64,000 nt of DNA from an uncultured Bacteroidales bacterium (GCA_942491855.1 CALOCL010000041.1:81024-145023); one strand, 5' to 3'; counted from the first letter of the stretch, positions 32,170 to 42,019 are shown. The notes: a model not told the origin generated them from the letters alone. Numbers and translations are program-made.

Positions 32170-33453
32170 ATGAAACTTTGGGATAAGGGGTTTAGCACCC
32201 ATCAAAAAATAGAAAAATTCACAGTTGGTAATGATCGGGGTTTGGATTTAAAACTGGCAAAGTACGACATTGAAGCAAGTATTGCACATGCTAAAATGCT
32301 AGCTAAAATTAATATCCTTAATGAAAAAGAAATCGAACTCATTCTTGGTGGTTTAAACAAAATTGGCGAAAACATTGAAAAAGGTTCATTTAAAATTGAA
32401 GATGACTTTGAGGATGTACACAGCAAAATTGAATTTGAATTGATTAATCTGATAGGAGAGACCGCAAAAAAAATTCATACGGCACGCTCTCGGAATGATC
32501 AGGTTTTAGTGGATCTCCATTTGTATGCAAAAAATGAGATCGGTGAAATCAAACAACTAATTGAGCAGCTTTTCAATACGTTGTTAGCATTGAGCGAAAA
32601 ACATAAGGATGTTTTAATGCCTGGTTACACCCACCTTCAAGTGGCTATGCCTTCTTCGTTTGGACTGTGGTTTTCTGCCTATGCGGAATGTTTAATCGAT
32701 GATGTAATCATGCTTGAGGCCGCCTTTAAAATAGCAGATCAAAACCCCTTGGGTTCAGCGGCTGGCTATGGAAGTTCATTCCCTATCGATCGAGAAATGA
32801 CAACAAATCTACTTGGTTTTGAAACCATGAAGTATAACTCGATAGCTGCGCAAATGAGCAGGGGGAAGCTTGAAAAATCCTTATCCTTTGCATTGGCTTC
32901 TGTTGCATCAACCTTATCAAAATTTGCCATGGATGTTTGTTTGTACAATAGCCAGAACTTTAATTTTATAAGCTTCCCCAAGGAATTAACAACGGGTTCA
33001 AGCATTATGCCCCATAAACAAAATCCAGATGTGTTTGAATTGTTAAGGGCCAGTTTCAATAAAATTCAAGCCTTGCCAAATCAAATTACACTCATCACCA
33101 ACAATCTTCCATCGGGTTATCATCGCGATTTTCAACTTTTAAAAGAAGAATTAATCAATGGAATTGATTCAATGAAAGATAATTTAGAGATTTTTAATTT
33201 CATGATTAGACAAGTGATTGTTAATCAAAATATTATGTCTGATCCGATTTATGATAATATTTACAGCGTAGAGGAAGTAAATAAGTTAGTGATGAAGGGA
33301 CAAAGTTTTAGAGATGCTTACAAAGAAGTAGGAAAGAAAATTGCGGGAGGTGACTACAAACCTGACAAAAAATTGCAACATACCCACGAAGGAAGCATTG
33401 GAAATTTAGGTCTTGCAAAAATCCACCAAAAATTTAACCGACACTTTTGTTAG
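32170..33453 (+). CDS. argH: argininosuccinate lyase
   Basis: KLWDKG, IHTARSRNDQV, PGYTHLQ, TTGSSIMPHKQNPD, SGYHRD; ATG 32170 preferred. Confidence 0.96.
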   Translation: MKLWDKGFSTHQKIEKFTVGNDRGLDLKLAKYDIEASIAHAKMLAKINILNEKEIELILGGLNKIGENIEKGSFKIEDDFEDVHSKIEFELINLIGETAKKIHTARSRNDQVLVDLHLYAKNEIGEIKQLIEQLFNTLLALSEKHKDVLMPGYTHLQVAMPSSFGLWFSAYAECLIDDVIMLEAAFKIADQNPLGSAAGYGSSFPIDREMTTNLLGFETMKYNSIAAQMSRGKLEKSLSFALASVASTLSKFAMDVCLYNSQNFNFISFPKELTTGSSIMPHKQNPDVFELLRASFNKIQALPNQITLITNNLPSGYHRDFQLLKEELINGIDSMKDNLEIFNFMIRQVIVNQNIMSDPIYDNIYSVEEVNKLVMKGQSFRDAYKEVGKKIAGGDYKPDKKLQHTHEGSIGNLGLAKIHQKFNRHFC

Positions 33454-33487
33454 TACTTTTCTACTTGTTTTTTTGGTGAGTAAGTAT

Positions 33488-34168
33488 TCATGGATCATTG
33501 CCAAGCTCATCAATTTCATTTCGATCATCAAACGAATGATTGGGCTCATCTTGATTGTTTGCTAGATCATTACTGGAAAATATCAACTTGATTTGTTGAA
33601 AAACATTCGCAACCTTTTCTAACAGCTTCTTCTGTTTCAGTTTGCGCATCCCTTCATCAAAGACTTCTACCAATCTAATTTCTTTTTTCTGAGATAAGTA
33701 CTTTGAGGTATGACTATCGCAACTATTTTGATTGAATTCAAGTGTCTCTGCATCCAGAACCAGACCTATCTGAATGTTTTTCAGAAGTTGTTCTAATTTA
33801 CTTAATGCTGAATTAATGATACAAGTCAGGCTTATGTTTGCCTGAACTCTGCCTAAATTTATTGGCTGATACTGGATTTCATTTCCTGTATCCAGCGCCA
33901 GCATCAAATTTCGATTCTCAGTACCCGGACTTGGTAAGTCTTCGAAATCTTCGGAAGATTCGTACAACACAAAATCGGTTACATCCAATAAGTATGATTT
34001 CAGTTTCTCCCACCTGGAATTAATATCAAAGGATTTTTGTGGTTGATATGAGAACTGCTGATTGCGTGATTGATCTTTAAAAAAATTCGATTTAAGTTTA
34101 TTTCTTTTTCGTAGTTCATGAATACTGATAAACTCATCGATTAAGGACTGCTCTTTCATATTTTTCAT
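33488..34168 (-). CDS. hypothetical protein, no family recognised
   Basis: 226-aa ORF divergent from 34452; no motif recognised. Confidence 0.6.
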   Translation of the reverse strand: MKNMKEQSLIDEFISIHELRKRNKLKSNFFKDQSRNQQFSYQPQKSFDINSRWEKLKSYLLDVTDFVLYESSEDFEDLPSPGTENRNLMLALDTGNEIQYQPINLGRVQANISLTCIINSALSKLEQLLKNIQIGLVLDAETLEFNQNSCDSHTSKYLSQKKEIRLVEVFDEGMRKLKQKKLLEKVANVFQQIKLIFSSNDLANNQDEPNHSFDDRNEIDELGNDP

Positions 34169-34314
34169 AACACTAAATTTTATAACTTAATACATAGCCA
34201 TCTGATACGCTATTTTTTCTTTTATCTATTGGATGGTTACAATATTACAAACCTTTACTGCCTCTAAACAAGCTTTTTAAGCCTTATCTGAGTGCTTAAA
34301 AAAATCTTTTAGTG

Positions 34315-34419
34315 ACTTAATTATGGCTACTTAAGTATTTTTGCAAGACTTAATTTAGGTAGAGTTCATGACTTAATTAAATTGATATTTTAACTTAATT
34401 ATATCTTTATCACTTAATT
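34315..34419 (+). repeat. array of ACTTAATT direct repeats (operator/iteron-like)
   Basis: Exact ACTTAATT at 34315, 34348, 34371, 34393 and 34412; palindromic variant TACTTAAGTA at 34328-34337; a further ACTTAAT at 34185. Confidence 0.85.
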
Positions 34420-34451
34420 AATTACTATATTTGATTAAAAATTTCCTTACG

Positions 34452-35612
34452 ATGAATTATCGTTATACTTTTACCGGTCATGATTTTGAAAGCATTTTAC
34501 AAAATGCTGATCTGATTGTACCCGGTATTCAGAAGATGATTGCGATATACAAACCAATAGAAGGTCATGAAATTAAGGCCATCTTACAAAACCGGCCGGA
34601 TCGTTCTCAAGAAATTGAACCACTAAACATCATCGATCAGAAAGCCAGAATAAGCGAACTCCGAAAAATAAAAAAACGCTGCGATTGGTTAAGTGAAGAG
34701 GAACTTGGAATCGAAAAAGGACCTTCGTTCAGTAAGGAGGTAAATATTTTTGATGAGCTTAAGAAATACGTTCTGATACTGAGGTTTAAAAATGAATACG
34801 ATGATCTGAGCGATTTGCTGATAATTTATCTGAATTCAAACCAAGGAAATTATGGGCTAAGCCTATCGAATAAAGCACTGGCCAGCGCACAGAAAAGCAT
34901 TATTGAGTTCCACATGTTTAACAGCATCAACGCTTTTTTGATAACCAACCGTCAAAACAGAAGCATTCAACAAAGGATCAATGCCGATACCGAAGCGCTC
35001 ATTCAGGAAAACAGAAAGCTAAAAGATCAGCTTAAACGAAGCGAATCGATTAATCTTGAAAGTCTGAAAAATTTGGCAAATCAATACTGCCGGGAATTAT
35101 CGACTCGCAACCAAAAAATTTACAAGCTCACCGATCTGGCTTTCGAAAAAGTCCAAAGCTTTGAGGGAAATATAAACCACTTGTTTAGTATCATTAAAAA
35201 TGCGGTCATCTATGCTGAAAACATAAGTCAACAAGAGCAAGCGGAAATTTTTTACATCGATGATTGGCATATTAATCTCACTCATTACGAGGAATCTGAA
35301 GTTGATGAGATTGTTGTTCAATCCTTTACAGAGCAAAAATATGCCAATACGATTGCGCTACTAAACAGACTTGAAAATGGAGCAAAGCTGGTTTTAAGCA
35401 AAAACGAAAAATTAACCGGAGTTAATGTTGGCCTGGCCTGTGAAAGACCCATGAAGGCTCCGGGAATCACAGATGCACTTAAAAATCACAGTTCAAAAAT
35501 TCTAACACTTTTTCAAAAATATCCGAATAAGTGGGATACTATCCGTAATCATTTTACCCCTGTTAAAAATCTCATCATCTCATCCTTTAAGGATGACCAA
35601 CTTAGTGCATAG
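34452..35612 (+). CDS. hypothetical protein with coiled coil, AAA+-lid-like segment and possible C-terminal HTH
   Basis: Coiled coil (EALIQENRKLKDQLKRSE); YKLTDLAFEKVQSFEGNINHLFSIIKNAV resembles the enhancer-binding-protein lid motif (ALxxL..W.GNxREL.N...A); no Walker motifs. Promoter TATATTTG at 34426-34433 favours ATG 34452. Confidence 0.6.
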   Translation: MNYRYTFTGHDFESILQNADLIVPGIQKMIAIYKPIEGHEIKAILQNRPDRSQEIEPLNIIDQKARISELRKIKKRCDWLSEEELGIEKGPSFSKEVNIFDELKKYVLILRFKNEYDDLSDLLIIYLNSNQGNYGLSLSNKALASAQKSIIEFHMFNSINAFLITNRQNRSIQQRINADTEALIQENRKLKDQLKRSESINLESLKNLANQYCRELSTRNQKIYKLTDLAFEKVQSFEGNINHLFSIIKNAVIYAENISQQEQAEIFYIDDWHINLTHYEESEVDEIVVQSFTEQKYANTIALLNRLENGAKLVLSKNEKLTGVNVGLACERPMKAPGITDALKNHSSKILTLFQKYPNKWDTIRNHFTPVKNLIISSFKDDQLSA

Positions 35613-35656
35613 CATTGTTATTCATTTACCTTAACTTTGCGATCAATTTTTAGTTT

Positions 35657-37534
35657 ATGAATGTATTATCGATAGAAGGCCTTGGCCGACAATTTGGAGA
35701 GCGGGTATTGTTTGAGCAGGTTAGTTTTGGCCTTAACAAGGGTGAAAAGGTAGCACTCATTGCACCCAATGGTACCGGAAAATCAACCATCCTGAAAATC
35801 ATTGCCGGGATTGATGAAGCCAGTGCCGGCACAGTGGTGATTAATCCAGACATACGTTGGGCATACTTGGAGCAAGAGCCATCATTCAATGAGACTCTTT
35901 CCATTAATGAATACATTCGGGGAACCCATTCTGAAGTTTTAAAAATTATCAGAAATTATGAAAAAGCAGTAGCCAAGCAAAGTAAAAATTGGAATAAGGA
36001 CACGCAGAAGGAATTTGATAAGGCCTCTGTCTTAATGGATCAAAATCAAGGATGGGATTACGAGCGCAGGTTACAGCAGCTTCTTACGCTGTTTCAGATT
36101 AAAGACTTAAACCAAAACATTAAAGAGCTTTCGGGAGGGCAACGCAAAAGACTTGCCCTCGCTCTGGTTTTGCTGGACGAACCTGAACTGTTGATTTTAG
36201 ATGAACCTACTAACCATTTGGATATTGAAATGATTGAATGGCTGGAAAAATACCTGGAGAAGTCAACGATTACCTTGTTGATGGTGACACACGATCGGTA
36301 TTTTTTAGATCGAATTTGTACTCATATTCTGGAACTCGCAAATGGCAATATTTATACGCATCACGGAAATTATGCATTGTTTATCGAGAATGCTGCTGCA
36401 CGCGAAGAAGTTGAACAGACCGAAATTTTGAAGGCCAGAAAGCTTTTAAAAAAGGAACTGGATTGGATGCGTCGAATGCCTAAGGCCAGAACCACGAAAT
36501 CTAAAGCACGAATTGATTCATTTTATGAAACCAAAGAGGTTGCAGATACGAGTATCATTAAACAAGAAATTAACCTCGATATCAAAAGTACCCGAATGGG
36601 TGGAAAAGTATTAGAGGTGAAAAATTTGAGTAAAGCTTTTAATCAGATTACTTTAATTAAAGATTTCAATTATAATTTCTTAAAGGGTGAACGAATTGGA
36701 ATTATTGGAAATAACGGAAGTGGAAAATCAACTTTTTTAAATCTGTTAACCGACCAGCTAAGCCCTGATACCGGTAGTATCGTAAAAGGCCAAACCATTA
36801 GTTTTGGCTATTACAAGCAGGAAGGAATTAAATTTGAAGGAGATCAAAAGGTGTTAGATTTAGTGAGGGAGACCGCAGAAGTAATTGAACTGGGCAAGGA
36901 CAAGGCCATGACGGCAGCTCAATTCTTACATCATTTTATGTTCAATGCCCAAATGCAACATTCACCAGTTTCACTTTTAAGTGGTGGAGAAAAACGACGT
37001 TTGTATTTATTGATGGTGCTGATTAAAAATCCCAATTTTTTAATTTTAGATGAGCCCACCAACGATTTGGATTTGCTCACCTTAAATAAGCTTGAAGAAT
37101 TTTTACTCTCCTATAAAGGTTGTCTGATGCTGGTTTCGCATGATCGCTATTTCATGGATAAATTGGTGGATCATATTTTTATTTTTGAGAAGGATGGTGT
37201 GATTAGAGATTTTGCAGGCAATTATACCCAGTATCGAAATGAAGTTCTGTTGCCAGAAATGCTCAACAAAGAAAAGAAGGTTAAACAGCTGAAACCAGTT
37301 AAACCAAAAGTACTTGAAAAGACTAAATTAAGTTTTAAAGAGAAAAAAGAATTTGAGCAGCTGGAATCTGAAATCCCAAAACTTGAACAAGAAAAGAAAA
37401 CACTTGAAAATATCCTAAACTCAGGAGAACTCGATTATCAAAAATTGGAAGCTGCCTCTGCCAGAATCAGTGAAATCATCGCTGAACTTGAACAAAAAGA
37501 AATGAGATGGCTGGAACTATCGGAATACGCTTAG
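35657..37534 (+). CDS. ABC-F family ATP-binding protein (Uup-like)
   Basis: Two ABC domains (APNGTGKS, LSGGQ, LDEPTNH; GNNGSGKS, LSGGE, LDEPTND), no TM segments, C-terminal coiled coil. Confidence 0.93.
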   Translation: MNVLSIEGLGRQFGERVLFEQVSFGLNKGEKVALIAPNGTGKSTILKIIAGIDEASAGTVVINPDIRWAYLEQEPSFNETLSINEYIRGTHSEVLKIIRNYEKAVAKQSKNWNKDTQKEFDKASVLMDQNQGWDYERRLQQLLTLFQIKDLNQNIKELSGGQRKRLALALVLLDEPELLILDEPTNHLDIEMIEWLEKYLEKSTITLLMVTHDRYFLDRICTHILELANGNIYTHHGNYALFIENAAAREEVEQTEILKARKLLKKELDWMRRMPKARTTKSKARIDSFYETKEVADTSIIKQEINLDIKSTRMGGKVLEVKNLSKAFNQITLIKDFNYNFLKGERIGIIGNNGSGKSTFLNLLTDQLSPDTGSIVKGQTISFGYYKQEGIKFEGDQKVLDLVRETAEVIELGKDKAMTAAQFLHHFMFNAQMQHSPVSLLSGGEKRRLYLLMVLIKNPNFLILDEPTNDLDLLTLNKLEEFLLSYKGCLMLVSHDRYFMDKLVDHIFIFEKDGVIRDFAGNYTQYRNEVLLPEMLNKEKKVKQLKPVKPKVLEKTKLSFKEKKEFEQLESEIPKLEQEKKTLENILNSGELDYQKLEAASARISEIIAELEQKEMRWLELSEYA

Positions 37535-37570
37535 AATGGTTGTTTTCTAATGATTAATGAATAATTCGAT

Positions 37571-38725
37571 TTATTTGATCAGGTAACGTTCTTCAAGAAA
37601 ATTAATAAGGTCAATCGACTGTTCACTGAAGGATGGAAGATCATCATTTTTTACAGCGGCTTTTTGGTACAACCTGAAAAAGGCAAAAGGGTTCCGAACA
37701 ACGGTTTTTAATCTGTCCTCACCAAATTCTTTGATGATGGCATTACACATGTAAAATCCAGTTTGATGTCCGGAACGTGGAATCATCCAACTAAATCGGT
37801 TGGAAAAAATCTTTGCTGAATCCTGATGGTTGGTAATCTCAATAAATATCGAATCCATACTTTGAATCAGAGCTGGGTGCATTCTTAAATATCCTAAATA
37901 CTTTTCACCTTCTCTGGTATCTGCATAACAGCCTGGTTTAAAATATTCAATTTGCTTATTAATCTGATCTCCGATTCCTTCATTTTCAATCTGGTTCATA
38001 ATCCATATTAAGGATCTATAAGGGTCGTTATTGTTTGGAAATCTGAATTCCTTTTTCTTTTCTCGATAGTAATGAAAAGCTTCATGAGCATACAATAACT
38101 GGAAACTATAATGCTTGTCATACCCTAAATTGACCATGCAATCCATTGCCTGACTATCACGAATATCTTCAGTTTTAATAAACCTATTAAGACTAAGAAT
38201 GATTGGATCATATCCTCTTGAATCATTAAAAATGATGAAAGCTATTTTTGGGTAATCTTCGAAATCTTTCTCTGGTAAAAAGCGCGCTGATTGCTCTTTC
38301 GCAAAATTACTCAGTTCAAGTTTTTTGTAATCTTCAATTAATTGAATGAGTTCATCTTTCTGGTTTGGAATATTTTCGTATGCTTCCAAAAGTGTTGTAA
38401 CCCAAGCAGTCCAAAAGTTACCTTTACGGTCAATTCTTTTCAATAGCTCATTAATATCTTTGGTATGACCTGGCAAATAGGCTGCCCTGAAAACTTCCTG
38501 AAAGCGTGCCGGGCTTTTAAATTCCCTGCTAATTAATTCTTCATAAGCGGATGTTTGAAATAAATTACTCCATTGTGCTTCTGTTGGTTCATTCCCTGAA
38601 AGCAAAACATCCATTACTTTAAAATGTTGATAAACTGCAGTATAGTCAATGTTTTTTGAAGATGTTTGTGTGTAAATTTTTAAGCAAAAAAAAAGTGCAA
38701 TGGCGATTAAAATCTGTTTTTTCAT
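37571..38725 (-). CDS. exported putative Zn-dependent protease (DUF5700-like)
   Basis: Signal peptide; HEAFH (HExxH) and downstream NEGIGD; GHQTGFYM. Confidence 0.7.
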   Translation of the reverse strand: MKKQILIAIALFFCLKIYTQTSSKNIDYTAVYQHFKVMDVLLSGNEPTEAQWSNLFQTSAYEELISREFKSPARFQEVFRAAYLPGHTKDINELLKRIDRKGNFWTAWVTTLLEAYENIPNQKDELIQLIEDYKKLELSNFAKEQSARFLPEKDFEDYPKIAFIIFNDSRGYDPIILSLNRFIKTEDIRDSQAMDCMVNLGYDKHYSFQLLYAHEAFHYYREKKKEFRFPNNNDPYRSLIWIMNQIENEGIGDQINKQIEYFKPGCYADTREGEKYLGYLRMHPALIQSMDSIFIEITNHQDSAKIFSNRFSWMIPRSGHQTGFYMCNAIIKEFGEDRLKTVVRNPFAFFRLYQKAAVKNDDLPSFSEQSIDLINFLEERYLIK

Positions 38726-38830
38726 TAGATGCTAGGTTTTTCTTACAAATACTAGTTTTTAAAGAAAGTGTTACATTTTATTTTTAAACTATTTTATTTA
38801 AAGGTATTTTTGTCAGGAAATTGAAATAGG

Positions 38831-39040
38831 ATGACCGACGGTACAAAAAGATCGAATGTTAAAATTGGCTCAGAAGTAAAAATTGTTTTGAAAAAAGATC
38901 AACGCAGTGGAGATCTTACCCACGGTTGGGTAAAGGATCTTTTAACTAAGGCTCCTAATCACCATCATGGTATCAAGGTAAGGCTTGAGGATGGGCAAAT
39001 TGGAAGAGTGAAGGAAGTGATTGAAAATGATGAGGAGTGA
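38831..39040 (+). CDS. YwbE family protein (DUF2196)
   Basis: IVLKKDQRSG.LT.G.VKDLLTK..HHHGIKVRLEDGQIGRV signature. Confidence 0.9.
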   Translation: MTDGTKRSNVKIGSEVKIVLKKDQRSGDLTHGWVKDLLTKAPNHHHGIKVRLEDGQIGRVKEVIENDEE

Positions 39041-39095
39041 TGAATTATAAATTATTAGTGTTAAATACGCACTTATAGTTCATAACTCATAATTT

Positions 39096-40061
39096 TCATA
39101 AATCAATTCGAAATCCTGCATTCAGATTTACTTTTACTGCTTCCCGATACGCAGTCAAGGTTTTAGCCTTTTTAATTCGTTTAATCACTTTATGCGAATC
39201 ATTGAATGATCGTGAAAAATATTCCCAAAAAGCCAACATCTTAATTAGCAAATGTTTTTCGCCGGACAGATGAGCACCGTAACGTTCAAGTAAATCAAAA
39301 TGGAACTTTTTAAACACCTCAATGAAATTAGTTGGAAATTGACCGGAGTCATTTTTAATCATCTCGGCCAGAAACGGATTCGCAATCAAACCACGTCCAA
39401 TCATCCATTTGTTAATCTGAGGAAAACGATTTTTTAAGGTTTTATAATTTTCATAGCTATTTAAATCACCGTTAAAAACTAAATTATGTTTTGTCTGTTC
39501 AATGCACGATTCAAAACCATCAAGGTTTACCAAACCCTGATACATTTGTTTTGCGGTACGTGCATGAATAATTAGTTCTGATAAAGGGTAGTCGTTAAGC
39601 TTAGGTAATAAATGAATGGCATCTTTTGCATCTTCAAAGCCTAATCTCATTTTAATGGAAAGTTTATTCGACATATGAGGTAACACTTCATCTAAAATTG
39701 AAATTATCTTTTCTTTGTTCTTTAATAGCGCTGAACCTAAACCTCGCTTTGTAACCATGGGGTGGGGGCAGCCTAGATTCCAATTTATTTCATCGTATCC
39801 TAAATCATTCAGGTAATTCGCCAGAAACAAAAAATCATCAGCTTTATTACACATGATTTGTGGAATTAGATTCACTCCTGTATTGTTTTCAGGGTTTACA
39901 TCCCTAATTTGGGGTTTCTTTAATTTTCCTTCCCCATCAAGTTTAATCCACGGAGAAAAACATTTATCAACTTCACCAAAATACTTTTGATATGCATTTC
40001 TGAAATGAAAGTCGGTTAAACCTTGTAATGGAGCGAGAAGGATTTGAGCTTTTGAATTCAC
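39096..40061 (-). CDS. tRNA-dihydrouridine synthase family protein
   Basis: LAPLQG, PQIMCN, NWNLGCP, SIKMRLG, IHART, NGD, MIGRG motifs. GTG 40061 preferred, which avoids overlap with the response regulator. Confidence 0.9.
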   Translation of the reverse strand: MNSKAQILLAPLQGLTDFHFRNAYQKYFGEVDKCFSPWIKLDGEGKLKKPQIRDVNPENNTGVNLIPQIMCNKADDFLFLANYLNDLGYDEINWNLGCPHPMVTKRGLGSALLKNKEKIISILDEVLPHMSNKLSIKMRLGFEDAKDAIHLLPKLNDYPLSELIIHARTAKQMYQGLVNLDGFESCIEQTKHNLVFNGDLNSYENYKTLKNRFPQINKWMIGRGLIANPFLAEMIKNDSGQFPTNFIEVFKKFHFDLLERYGAHLSGEKHLLIKMLAFWEYFSRSFNDSHKVIKRIKKAKTLTAYREAVKVNLNAGFRIDL

Positions 40062-40110
40062 AGTGTAAAAATAGACAAAAGAATTGCTGAGATAAGCAAA
40101 TTGTTCAGTT

Positions 40111-40815
40111 TCATTTTTCAATTTTCTGTTTCAACAACATTTTATACATTTCTCCAATCGGAATTTCTGTGTCATTGATAAAAATGCGATTACCACTAAT
40201 CGAATCAATTTTTATTAAGGAGATGATGAATGATTTATGAACCCTTAAAAATTGCTTTTCAGGTAGTTTATTCACCATGTCGTGCATGGTATCACGCGTA
40301 ACATAAACTTTTTTATTGGTGTGAATTTTTAAATAATTGCCGTAAGCTTCAACATATAAAATGTCATTAAAAGCGACTTGGTAGCTAACCTGATCCTCTT
40401 TAATAAACAAAGCCTGTTCAATCTCTTTTATCGCTTCCAACTCTGGATTCTTTACTGGCTCAAAAGTCTCTACAACCTTATTCACAGCTTTAATGAATCG
40501 CTCCAACTTAATTGGCTTAAGCAAATAATCAACCACACCATACTCATAGCTTTCGAGTGCGTACTCAGAATAGGCTGTCGTTAAAATTACTTTGGGTGTA
40601 ACACTCAAGGTTTTTAGCATTTCAAGGCCACATAATTCAGGCATATTCAAATCTAAAAAAAGCAAATCAACAGAATTATTGTGCAAGAAAGAAATGGCTT
40701 CGATGGCATTATCACATTTACCAAGCAATTTTAAAGTAGGCATACTGGCAATGTATTTTTTAATTACATCCTGTGCCAGTTTTTCGTCATCAACAATAAG
40801 ACATTTAAGTTCCAT
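40111..40815 (-). CDS. LytTR-family response regulator
   Basis: IVDDE, FLDLNMP, TTAYSEYA, DYLLKP; LytTR FLRVHKSFII. Confidence 0.95.
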   Translation of the reverse strand: MELKCLIVDDEKLAQDVIKKYIASMPTLKLLGKCDNAIEAISFLHNNSVDLLFLDLNMPELCGLEMLKTLSVTPKVILTTAYSEYALESYEYGVVDYLLKPIKLERFIKAVNKVVETFEPVKNPELEAIKEIEQALFIKEDQVSYQVAFNDILYVEAYGNYLKIHTNKKVYVTRDTMHDMVNKLPEKQFLRVHKSFIISLIKIDSISGNRIFINDTEIPIGEMYKMLLKQKIEK

Positions 40816-40826
40816 GTTTTAGGGTT

Positions 40827-41837
40827 TTAAATTTCAATAGCCAAATTCACAACAAATTCTTTTGTAATATTAATTATTTCCAATTGATGTTTTTCAGCGT
40901 AAAGTAACTCAAGTCGTTTCTTTACATTATCAATGCCAGTTCCTGATTTTCTGTTAGAAGGATTAATTCTTTGAGGTGCAATGAAATTACTTGTATGCAG
41001 TTTAATCGTATTTCCAACTACTTCAACATTGATTTCTATCTTATTTTCTTTAGGGTCAACACCAATTCCATGTTTAAAGCAATTCTCGATGAATGCAATT
41101 AACAAAAGAGGAGAGATGATCTTACCACTTAAATCGCCGGTAAAACTGTAATTAACCCTTGCTTTATTACCTAATCGAATAATTTCTAAATCGATATAAT
41201 TCTTTAAAAAATCAAATTCGTGTTTTACAAGAACTTTGCGTTTTTTTGAGCTTTCTAAAAGATATCTCATCAAATCAGAAAGCTTCATCACTACATCAGC
41301 AGCTATGTCAGAATTACTTAAAATCAGCGAATAAATACTGTTTAGTGAATTAAATAAAAAATGTGGATTAACCTGCGATCGCAATAGGTTCAATTCGGCT
41401 TGAGATCGTTTTACTTCCATTTCCTTTAACTCAATTTCTGCTTTAATTCTTCTTTCACCTTCCTCCTTGAGTAAGATGCGCTGTTTAGTCCCAATTCTGA
41501 AATACTTGGCCCCGGTGTACAGAAGCATCAGCAGTAGTAAGGATCCATAAGTTTCTGCATTGCCCGATTCGTCAAAATATCTCTGAAACTGACTAACGAT
41601 AGTTCCAAAAAACAAAATGAGTGCTACGGTCGATAAAAGATACAGGATGTATTTCTTTCGGATGACGAAATAGTCGAAAATGAAATCGTGAATATAAACG
41701 GGTATAATAAAGGGAAATATGAGTAATGAAGCTATCCTGATTGAGTCCATGTTTGATTTAAATCGCATAATTGAAAATGCAAAAATCAACCATAGAAGCA
41801 ACCAAAATCCGAGATTGAATAATATGTTTTTTTTCAT
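40827..41837 (-). CDS. LytS/YehU-type membrane sensor histidine kinase
   Basis: N-terminal TM helices; LRSQVNPHFLFNSLNSIY, FIENCFKHG, SGTGIDNV. Confidence 0.93.
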   Translation of the reverse strand: MKKNILFNLGFWLLLWLIFAFSIMRFKSNMDSIRIASLLIFPFIIPVYIHDFIFDYFVIRKKYILYLLSTVALILFFGTIVSQFQRYFDESGNAETYGSLLLLMLLYTGAKYFRIGTKQRILLKEEGERRIKAEIELKEMEVKRSQAELNLLRSQVNPHFLFNSLNSIYSLILSNSDIAADVVMKLSDLMRYLLESSKKRKVLVKHEFDFLKNYIDLEIIRLGNKARVNYSFTGDLSGKIISPLLLIAFIENCFKHGIGVDPKENKIEINVEVVGNTIKLHTSNFIAPQRINPSNRKSGTGIDNVKKRLELLYAEKHQLEIINITKEFVVNLAIEI

Positions 41838-41905
41838 TTAGGTTTTTTGCTGATACAAAGAAAACAAATGAATTCAATAAGATGAACTTTTTGTGATTAA
41901 AGCTT

Positions 41906-41954
41906 TTCATCACAAGTTTATTCAGTTCATCACATAAACTCTTGGTTCATCACA
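41906..41954 (+). promoter_or_regulatory. three TTCATCACA direct repeats with 20-bp period; probable LytTR binding sites
   Basis: Exact copies at 41906, 41926 and 41946, plus an inverted near-copy at 41892-41900, in the divergent TCS/ABC intergenic region. Confidence 0.8.
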
Positions 41955-42019
41955 TATTTTTTCAAAAATAAGTAGAACAATCCATATTTGCAGCATAAAA
42001 ATACCTAAACCTAGAAAAT

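Noticed and set aside
34315-34419. CRISPR array or oriC
   Set aside because: The repeats are only 8 bp with irregular 11-25 bp gaps, no cas genes are present, and there are no DnaA boxes (TTATCCACA) in the region.
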